From the NCBI GenBank assembly GCA_043745805.1, contig JAYTSD010000031.1, forward strand, positions 1 to 64,000: 64,000 nucleotides of DNA, in the 5' to 3' direction. The translations under genes were made by a program, and so were the position numbers. The DNA is from Fibrobacteria bacterium (GTDB lineage Bacteria; Fibrobacterota; Fibrobacteria; UBA11236). Shown piece after piece: positions 56,765 to 64,000 of this stretch. A model generated the notes under the pieces. It saw only the letters and a list, made by a program, of their open reading frames with translations, did no database searches and was not told where the DNA came from. The number at the start of each line of letters is the position of its first letter. Positions within the stretch are counted from its first letter, which is position 1.

Positions 56765-59290
56765 TTGGCAAAAGATATTGGACCAGAGAAAACATTAATC
56801 ATCGCCGAAAAGCCTAGCGTTGCTCAAGATTTACTCAAGGCCTTGCCTGAGAAATTTGAAAAGCAAGACGGTTATTTTGAAAGCGAACATTATTTGGTGT
56901 CTTATGCTGTGGGTCATTTGGTGGCTATTTGCAATCCCAAAGAAATGGATGATAAGCATAAGTCTTGGTCATTAGATAATTTACCAATTCTACCCGAAAC
57001 ATTTCAAATTAAAGCTTTACCCAAAACCAAAACGCAATTGAGCACTTTAGCAAAACTCATTCGCCGTAAAGAAGTCACTAAAATTGTAAATGCTTGTGAT
57101 GCAGGCCGTGAAGGGGAATTGATTTTCCGTTATGTATTGCAATATTGCAGTGAAACCAAGCCGGTTAAAGCAAGTATTTCACGGCTATGGTTACAGAGTA
57201 TGACTAAGGCTGCGATGGAAAAAGGTTTAAGTAATTTGCGCTCCGATCAGGAAATGCAAAAATTATTTGCTGCCGCACTTTGTCGTTCCGAAGCGGATTG
57301 GTTAGTGGGTATCAATGGCTCGCGTGCTTTAACCGGTTATAAATCCTTAAAAGGCGGTTTCTTTCTCACGCCTTGTGGGCGCGTGCAAACTCCAACGCTA
57401 TCGATGTTGGTGAGTCGCGAAGAAGCGCGTAATCAATTTGTGTCCGTTAATTATTGGGAATTACAAGGTCGCTTTACTTCGAGTGGCGATGAATATTTTG
57501 GCAAATGGTTTGATCCCGAATACAAAAAAAATGAGAGTGATGAAAATACCAAGGCCGATAGAATTTGGAATGAAGCGCAAGCTAAAGATATTTTAGCGCG
57601 CTGCCAAGGTAAGCCTGCGGAGGTTACGGAAACCCAGAAACCCTCCTCGCAAAGCGCTCCTCCATTATATGACTTAACGAGTTTACAACGCGAAGCGAAT
57701 GCACGTTTTGGTTTTTCTGCAAAAAATACTTTGGGCATTGCTCAGGCCTTATACGAAAGACATAAATTATTGACCTATCCACGTACGGATAGTCGATTTT
57801 TGCCGAATGATTATTTGGATGTAGCCAAAAATTTAATGACCTCTTTGCAAGATGGTGAATTTGCCGTTTTTGCTAAGAAAGCTTTAAAGCAAAATTATGT
57901 ACGCATGGACAAACGGATTTTTGACGATGCAAAAATTTCTGACCATCATGCCATTATTCCTACCGGGACTGAGCCTGGGGAATTAAGCGAACCCGAACGC
58001 AAAATTTATCAGATGGTAACACAAAGATTTCTCAGCGTATTTTATCCTCCGGCGCGTTTTCTGAATACTTTGCGCATTTCCAAAATTGACGGAGAGCAAT
58101 TCAAAACCGAAGGAAAAGTTTTGGAAGATGCGGGTTGGAAAGAAATTTACGGGGTAGATAAAAAAGAAGAAGAAATCCTTAGTCCGCTTAAAGCGAATGC
58201 TAAAGTTGTGGCTACGGAAATTGTGTTAAGAGGGGATGCCACTAAACCTCCACCACGATTAAATGAAAGTACTTTGCTTTCCTTTATGGAAAGTGCGGGT
58301 AAATATGTGGAAGATGAAGAATTAAAAGAAGCCTTGAAAGAGCGTGGCTTAGGCACTCCAGCGACTCGTGCTGCCGTGATTGAAGGACTCATTGAAGATA
58401 AATATGTGGTGCGTGAAGGTAAAGAACTTATTCCCACTGCCAAAGGTATTGATCTATTGCGTTTGCTTTCCGCCATTGGTATCGATGAATTAGTTTCTCC
58501 TGAGTTAACCGGTGAATGGGAGTTTAAACTTACGCGCATTGAAAAAGGCTTATTTACTCGCGAAGAATTTATGTTAGAAATTCGTGATTTAACCAAAAAA
58601 ATCGTGACCAAAATTAAAGCCTATGATGAAGATTTAGAACGCAAGCAGGCGGCTTTTAAAAGTCCTATACCGGGCCGTACTTTTTTTGAAACCTTGAGTA
58701 AATTCCAAAGCGATGATGGCAAAATCGTTATTCGTAAAGTACTCGGTGGTCGACAAATGAGTGAAGATGAAATTCTGGAATTATTAACCAACAAAAAAAT
58801 TGGACCTTTGACCGGATTTCGTAGTAAGCAAGGACGTCCCTTTACCGCTTTGATTAAACTAACGGATGAACTTAAAGTGGAATTTGTTTTTGAAGACAAT
58901 AATTCCGGTCCCGATGGGAATGCTTTGGATTTAAGCAAACAAGAAGCTATTGGTGTTTCACCGGTGGATAATAGCAAGGTTTATGAAACTTTAACTAGTT
59001 ATGTAAGTGAATCCTCAGTGAATGGGGACACTAAAAATGGTTTAAAAATCAATAAAGTTATTTTAGGCCAAAGTTTGGATCGCGAACATATTCGTAAAAT
59101 GTTGGCCGGCGAAAAAACTGCCTTGATTAAAAATTTCCAATCGTCTAAAACACGTCGCTTTTTTGATGCTTATTTAAAATTATCTAAAGAAGGAAAAATT
59201 CAATTTGAATTTCAACCTCGGGTATTTAAAGGTCGCGGAAAGAAACCTAAAGCAGATACCGCAGAAGTCGCTGAAGCTGCTGCGGAATAA
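56765..59290 (+). CDS. topB: DNA topoisomerase III (type IA) with C-terminal repeats
   Basis: IAEKPSVA, CDAGREGE, GRVQTP, TYPRTDS, GLGTPATRA, SPELTGEWE; C-terminal repeats F.SK.GR.F.A. Confidence 0.92.
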   Translation: MAKDIGPEKTLIIAEKPSVAQDLLKALPEKFEKQDGYFESEHYLVSYAVGHLVAICNPKEMDDKHKSWSLDNLPILPETFQIKALPKTKTQLSTLAKLIRRKEVTKIVNACDAGREGELIFRYVLQYCSETKPVKASISRLWLQSMTKAAMEKGLSNLRSDQEMQKLFAAALCRSEADWLVGINGSRALTGYKSLKGGFFLTPCGRVQTPTLSMLVSREEARNQFVSVNYWELQGRFTSSGDEYFGKWFDPEYKKNESDENTKADRIWNEAQAKDILARCQGKPAEVTETQKPSSQSAPPLYDLTSLQREANARFGFSAKNTLGIAQALYERHKLLTYPRTDSRFLPNDYLDVAKNLMTSLQDGEFAVFAKKALKQNYVRMDKRIFDDAKISDHHAIIPTGTEPGELSEPERKIYQMVTQRFLSVFYPPARFLNTLRISKIDGEQFKTEGKVLEDAGWKEIYGVDKKEEEILSPLKANAKVVATEIVLRGDATKPPPRLNESTLLSFMESAGKYVEDEELKEALKERGLGTPATRAAVIEGLIEDKYVVREGKELIPTAKGIDLLRLLSAIGIDELVSPELTGEWEFKLTRIEKGLFTREEFMLEIRDLTKKIVTKIKAYDEDLERKQAAFKSPIPGRTFFETLSKFQSDDGKIVIRKVLGGRQMSEDEILELLTNKKIGPLTGFRSKQGRPFTALIKLTDELKVEFVFEDNNSGPDGNALDLSKQEAIGVSPVDNSKVYETLTSYVSESSVNGDTKNGLKINKVILGQSLDREHIRKMLAGEKTALIKNFQSSKTRRFFDAYLKLSKEGKIQFEFQPRVFKGRGKKPKADTAEVAEAAAE

Positions 59291-59305
59291 GGTTTAGCTA
59301 TAAGC

Positions 59306-60211
59306 TTATACGGCTTTGAATCCAGTGATAAAATAGCCACCGGTTTTGTCGCTCGGGTCTTTGGTTTGATGATACACATCCAAAATAACCGAAGAACGAT
59401 GAAAATGATTTCCTATATACTTGAAAAATATTTCCGATCGCGTTTCTTTAATCGGCTTTTCTAAAGCGCCTTCGCAAAAGAAAGAACGCAATTGCGTGAG
59501 TTCACTTAATTCTTCACGCAAGGCATTGGCATAATCCACTTTAAAAAACATCCCCCCTTTTTTCAGCAAATGGCGGCCATCGCGATTGATAACTCTATCG
59601 GTCATCATGCTTTCGAATAAATCCTCAGGATCCATGGACGTTACCTCGTCTTCAGGATCCATTTCCCTTAAGCGGGCTAAAATTTTGGCTTGTGCCACAT
59701 CATTGCGATTTTTATAACCATTCTTATCATAATTTTTTTGATCGCCTGGAGTATAGGTAATATTAGGAAACACAAAGGTTACGGCATCTGCTTTGCCAGC
59801 AGGTATACTAAAGTTGGGTAATTTGGTTTGTACCAAATGCACCTGTGCATTTTTCCAGTCAAAACAATTTTTATCATTTCGGAATTCGGCTAGTACGCCA
59901 TTCACTTCCAATTTTTTCTGTAAGCGTTCCAACATTTTAATCGAACCATCTAAGGCTACAAAACGTGATTTAGGAAAATGTTTTTGTAAGGTGATTAAAA
60001 AATCACCATTGCCACAGGCATAATCCACAATGGTTTGCGGGAAACCTTTATTTTGTTGGCGCCAAGTTTTTGCAATATAGTCTGCAATATTGACATAAGC
60101 GCGTTGATGCGCAGGATTACGACTTTGTTTTTCCCACCAATCACCAACCCCTTGATCATAACATTTGGGACCTTTGGCTAATGCTTTTTCAAAATCAATT
60201 TTCATAATCAA
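59306..60211 (-). CDS. Class I SAM-dependent methyltransferase of unknown specificity
   Basis: VDYACGNG, ALDGS..ML. Confidence 0.75.
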   Translation of the reverse strand: MIMKIDFEKALAKGPKCYDQGVGDWWEKQSRNPAHQRAYVNIADYIAKTWRQQNKGFPQTIVDYACGNGDFLITLQKHFPKSRFVALDGSIKMLERLQKKLEVNGVLAEFRNDKNCFDWKNAQVHLVQTKLPNFSIPAGKADAVTFVFPNITYTPGDQKNYDKNGYKNRNDVAQAKILARLREMDPEDEVTSMDPEDLFESMMTDRVINRDGRHLLKKGGMFFKVDYANALREELSELTQLRSFFCEGALEKPIKETRSEIFFKYIGNHFHRSSVILDVYHQTKDPSDKTGGYFITGFKAV

Positions 60212-60257
60212 TCCTTATTCCTAAATGAATATGCGATGTCCAAGTTTGGTGGTAAAG

Positions 60258-61256
60258 TTATTCTAAGCGATAAGGCTTTAAATAATTTAAAGCTTCTACA
60301 AAGCCCGCAGGCAAAGGGCTTTCGAACTTTAATACTTTTCGTTTATGCGGATGTTTAAATTCTAATTGATGCGCATGCAAAGCTTGACTACTAAAGTGTT
60401 TCAATAAATTTTTCCCCAATTGCACTTCCAACGGTTCCAGTTTTTCTATCGCCATTTTATTTCCGCCATAAAGATTATCCCCAACAATAGGATGGCCTTT
60501 TTGTGCAAAATGCACACGGATTTGGTGTGTGCGTCCGGTCTCTAAGCGTACTTCTAAATAAGCGGCGCAGGGATAAATGCTTTTCACTTTAAAATGCGTA
60601 ATCGCTCTTTTACCATCGGCGCGAACCGTCATGCGAATGGGATCGCGTAAGCTACGACCTATGGGCGCATCAATAGTGCCTTCAGTTTCCGAAAATTGCC
60701 GCCAGGCTAAGGCATGATATACGCGACGAATTTCATGCTTCTCTAAAAGCTTAGCTAACTTCGCATGGGTTTCATTATTTTTCGCTACGACCAGTAACCC
60801 AGATGTATCCTTGTCCAAACGATGCACAATACCAGGGCGTAACGGTCCATTCATATCCGAAAGATTTTTGAAATGATAGGCTAGGGCATTGGCTAAAGTT
60901 CCCGAATGAATGCCATTTCCCGGATGCGTCACTAAACCTTTGGGTTTATCGATGACTAATAAAAACTCATCTTCATAAACAATGGTTAAAGGAATGTTTT
61001 CTGGAATAAGATCGGTAATAATAATTTCTGGTGCTTGTTTTACTTCTAGTATATTGTGGGTATGCAGCACAGAATTTTTTTTAACTGCATTTTGATTAAT
61101 TGTGAAGCATTGCGCTTCAATCCATTTTTGAATTTGCGTACGCGAAAAATTGGGTAAATGATTTTGTAAAAATTTATCGACACGTATGCCATCTTCTTCC
61201 GGATTACAAATCCATTGTTGGCCTACTTTAAACATGAGGCACTTCCGCATTAACAA
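60258..61256 (-). CDS. rluD: RluA-family 23S rRNA pseudouridine synthase (RluD-like; ATG at 61235 likely)
   Basis: S4 domain, KPKGLVTHP, HRLDKDTSG, TGRTHQIRVH, QALHA. Confidence 0.92.
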   Translation of the reverse strand: MLMRKCLMFKVGQQWICNPEEDGIRVDKFLQNHLPNFSRTQIQKWIEAQCFTINQNAVKKNSVLHTHNILEVKQAPEIIITDLIPENIPLTIVYEDEFLLVIDKPKGLVTHPGNGIHSGTLANALAYHFKNLSDMNGPLRPGIVHRLDKDTSGLLVVAKNNETHAKLAKLLEKHEIRRVYHALAWRQFSETEGTIDAPIGRSLRDPIRMTVRADGKRAITHFKVKSIYPCAAYLEVRLETGRTHQIRVHFAQKGHPIVGDNLYGGNKMAIEKLEPLEVQLGKNLLKHFSSQALHAHQLEFKHPHKRKVLKFESPLPAGFVEALNYLKPYRLE

Positions 61257-61785
61257 CCGCTACTGGAGTGACCTTAGAAGCAAAAAGGGGTTGTAATAAA
61301 ATCAAAGTTACCCCAATACAAACCCAACTATCGGCTAAATTAAAATTAGGCCAATGCGGTTCCACTCCCGGAATACCAGCATATAAAAAGTCGGTCACTT
61401 TATTATACATCACTCTATCGATTAAATTTCCGCAGGCACCGGAAAAAATTAGCGCGGCAGCTAATTTGGAAATCCAATCCTTTGCTTGGATTTGGCGATA
61501 ATATAAAATGAGTCCAGTAATTGCTAAAAGGGATATTAATAAATAAAAAAGGGTTGGGTTTAAAAAAGGTAAAAGGCTTTGCGGCCTTAATCCAAAGGCT
61601 GCACCGGTATTAAAGACTAAGCGAAATTGTAACCATTGGCCTATTACGGGAATGGTTTTATAATAATCCGGTGACCCATCGGGTAACATAAAATGCAAGC
61701 GCATCATCCATTTTGAATATTGGTCGGAACCTAAACCAATGAGAATGATTAAAATACGAAATAGATTGGAGTTATGGAATTTCAA
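61228..61785 (-). CDS. lspA: Lipoprotein signal peptidase II
   Basis: DQYSK, NTGAAFG, GNLIDR, VTDF, FNLAD. Confidence 0.94.
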   Translation of the reverse strand: MKFHNSNLFRILIILIGLGSDQYSKWMMRLHFMLPDGSPDYYKTIPVIGQWLQFRLVFNTGAAFGLRPQSLLPFLNPTLFYLLISLLAITGLILYYRQIQAKDWISKLAAALIFSGACGNLIDRVMYNKVTDFLYAGIPGVEPHWPNFNLADSWVCIGVTLILLQPLFASKVTPVAVVNAEVPHV

Positions 61786-62954
61786 GTTATTCCCTTTAAT
61801 GAAGATGTGGAAAGTAGCGACTCATGTGAGTGTAAAATTTTTTCGACTTGAGCGAGTGGTTTAGCAAAGCTTTTACGAATTAAAGTATTGGACCAGCAAA
61901 TCAAGCTCGTATTGCGCACGATACGCTGTACATCGGCACGGCTGATTTTGATTTTAGCTTGGGTTTCCAAAACTTGGGGATCGGTGGATGTTAATGCCAA
62001 GGTTTCAATAGCCATAAATAATGGCCATAGACAAAATAGTCGCAAACGCGGTTCAAAAAGAGGTAATGAGCAACTATACTCTAAGGCGTCGCATAAATGA
62101 TTTTTGGCTTTGAAGGTTAATGTTCGCAATATTGCCATGGCTTTTTGGCGATGTTCAGGAAAGAGAAAATTAGTATTAGTCAATCCTTGCTCTTGTAATA
62201 AGTTGGCGGGCAGGAAGGAAATATTTCTTTGCCCATCTTCACTAATATCTTTAAGAATATTGGTAAGTTGCAAACCTAAGCCAAAAGAAATGCAGAGGGA
62301 TTTTAACTTTTCGTATTTTATTTTGCTGATTAAAGGGGAATGATTAGCGAATAAATCACAAAGCATTTTACCCACGGTTCCTGCTACGTAATAGCAATAG
62401 TCATCTAATTCTTCTATTGATTCAATGAGCGGTTTTTGTTGTCCCTGTAATTGCTTTTCGGTGAAGTGAATCATGCCATCACACATTTCCTGCACACATT
62501 GACTAGTAATACTTTTAACTTTTGATGACTGCTGTGCAAACTGTTGAAATATCCATTCACAATGATAAATCAGTAATTGATCCCAACTTTCTGAAGTTTT
62601 CCAAAATTGCGGCAAAGCATTTTTGAATTGGCTAATCATTTGTTCGGAAGCAGTTTCTTCCATTAAATTGCGAAAGCTTTTAAGCAGTACAATTTTATTT
62701 TCCGGACTTAATTGTGCATCATCTTCTAAGGTGTCGGCCATGCGACAAAATAAATAAGCCAATAAAATGGGATGATGTAATTTTATCGGCAAAACCTGAA
62801 TATTTAGGGCAAAGGTGCGAGAAACTTTATGCAATATAAAAGCTGCATATTTTTTGGAATTAGAAATTTTTTGTGTTAATAATTCTTCTATCCAAATTTT
62901 ATCCTCTAATGATAGGGAGGAGGCCGTGTTTATTGGATTATTTGCAGTGGACAT
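61782..62954 (-). CDS. Squalene/phytoene synthase family, squalene synthase (FDFT1)-like
   Basis: VSRTFA, YLFCRMADTLEDD, YCYYVAGTVG, GLQLTNILKD..ED, FCLWP..MA..TL. Confidence 0.88.
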   Translation of the reverse strand: MSTANNPINTASSLSLEDKIWIEELLTQKISNSKKYAAFILHKVSRTFALNIQVLPIKLHHPILLAYLFCRMADTLEDDAQLSPENKIVLLKSFRNLMEETASEQMISQFKNALPQFWKTSESWDQLLIYHCEWIFQQFAQQSSKVKSITSQCVQEMCDGMIHFTEKQLQGQQKPLIESIEELDDYCYYVAGTVGKMLCDLFANHSPLISKIKYEKLKSLCISFGLGLQLTNILKDISEDGQRNISFLPANLLQEQGLTNTNFLFPEHRQKAMAILRTLTFKAKNHLCDALEYSCSLPLFEPRLRLFCLWPLFMAIETLALTSTDPQVLETQAKIKISRADVQRIVRNTSLICWSNTLIRKSFAKPLAQVEKILHSHESLLSTSSLKGIT

Positions 62955-62956
62955 CT

Positions 62957-63529
62957 TTAAACTGCCATCTCAATTTTACTTTGCAGTTTATCGCGACGAG
63001 ATTTTCGTAAAGAATGTGCTTGGCTATTCAAGGATTTAATCAAATGCCCATTTCTATCGGCCATATGCAAAAATTGATGATGTTGATAAGCTGCTAAATT
63101 TTTAAAAGCGGTTTCGGTTAAATCCTTGCCTTCGCTTTCCAATTTTTCTTTTAATTCATCGTGTAAGAAATAATAGCAGTCTTCCTGTTGGCGAAAACGG
63201 TGTTGCAAAAGTATAGAGGTGCCCTTATTGAAGGATACTAATGCGAGAATGCTATAAAATATTATCCAAGGGACTTCTTTTTTTTGTGTGACCTGCATAA
63301 GCAATAAAGTGGTCAGAGAGGATAATATCAGAATCAAAATTCGGGTTAATAAACCAATCTGAAATTTGTAAAAACCCTTCCAGCGAAAAGGAATATAAAC
63401 CCATGCTTTACCGCTTTTTAAGTTTTTTTCAAAAGCTATTGGGAAAGCAATAAAAATGCACCACAAAGTATGTAAGGCTAAAAAAACAGCAAGTAAGCTG
63501 GATAGGGTATAAACTGTATCCATTTTCAT
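62957..63529 (-). CDS. Hypothetical membrane protein
   Basis: Three TM segments plus a charged C-terminus; 2 nt from the downstream gene. Confidence 0.65.
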   Translation of the reverse strand: MKMDTVYTLSSLLAVFLALHTLWCIFIAFPIAFEKNLKSGKAWVYIPFRWKGFYKFQIGLLTRILILILSSLTTLLLMQVTQKKEVPWIIFYSILALVSFNKGTSILLQHRFRQQEDCYYFLHDELKEKLESEGKDLTETAFKNLAAYQHHQFLHMADRNGHLIKSLNSQAHSLRKSRRDKLQSKIEMAV

Positions 63530-63829
63530 AGCTGAAATGCCTGTTGCAGGCCCTGATCTTGATGCATAGAGAGGCTTGTTAAGAATTGAATATGGCTAAA
63601 ACGGTTTAAAAAAATCATGAATGGCCCGTAATATAACTTTTTATCCTCGTAAAAGTTAGAATTTTGCTGCGTAGCAAGACATGGGTTGGGTTTATCGAGC
63701 AGTTAAAAAAGTTTAAAAAATAATCTTTCTAACTCTTTTATTGCCAGTGACTTCGCCCTTTGCTTAGTTTTATTTACTTATATTTTCCCGTCCCATTCTG
63801 GCTTGGCCAGAAAAACAAAGAGGATTTTT

Positions 63830-64000
63830 TTGATTCATTCTGTGGCAGTTTTAAGTCCTTGGTCAATGTGCATGAGTGCTTTGAAGGAAAAGCTATCAGA
63901 AGATGCTTTTACGCAATGGATATCACCTTTAAAACCAATTGAACTTACTGAAGATCAGTTAGGATTAGCCGTTCCGCCGCAAATTGATTTAGATCAGCTA
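63830..64000 (+). CDS. dnaA: Probable chromosomal replication initiator DnaA, N-terminal domain (partial; not in the ORF track)
   Basis: GAGGA RBS, TTG start, hand translation MIHSVAVLSPWSMCMSALKEKLSEDAFTQWISPLKPIELTEDQLGLAVPPQIDLDQL, resembling DnaA domain I (W..L.....F..WI.PL......L.L.VP). Confidence 0.7.
   Translation, partial: MIHSVAVLSPWSMCMSALKEKLSEDAFTQWISPLKPIELTEDQLGLAVPPQIDLDQL

Noticed and set aside
58147-58977. Long antisense ORFs (154 and 118 aa) within topB, and similar ones inside act, cox and kor genes
   Set aside because: Antisense shadows of well-conserved genes, with no motifs or RBS
63530-63829. oriC call
   Set aside because: No cluster of DnaA boxes is visible
63760-63942. 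60-aa ORF in the track
   Set aside because: It overlaps the DnaA-like frame, which has a better RBS and recognisable sequence

Overview
An AT-rich bacterial chromosomal window made mostly of core genes. Gene content and protein style suggest the FCB superphylum, possibly Fibrobacterota; this is inference only. Left edge: the left end of an IS3-family element inserted into the 3' remnant of a different DDE transposase, then two orphan ORFs. Next come rlpA, a GT2, and a yceD-rpmF-plsX-fabH-fabD-fabG-acpP-rnc-lipM-like-oppD operon with no fabF. These are followed by metF-aminotransferase-methyltransferase, an MMPL transporter, a HAD-like protein, GT2 genes flanking a large lipoprotein, and pcm. 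A type IV pilus/T2SS-like operon (pilM-N-O-P-secretin-pilT-pilB) diverges from a complete aerobic respiratory cluster (ctaA, ctaB, alternative complex III actA-G, SCO, A2-type caa3 oxidase). The right part holds korAB, aroD, a peptidase/beta-propeller/Omp85 protein, EIIA, a GT4, a degenerate serine-recombinase-like protein, topB, rluD, lspA, a squalene-synthase-type enzyme and the probable start of dnaA. The strongest unannotated signal is a marked enrichment of the D-[S/T]-[A/I/L/V/M/T] motif, the Bacteroidota O-glycosylation sequon, in exported proteins but not in cytoplasmic ones. I saw no tRNA, rRNA or CRISPR array.
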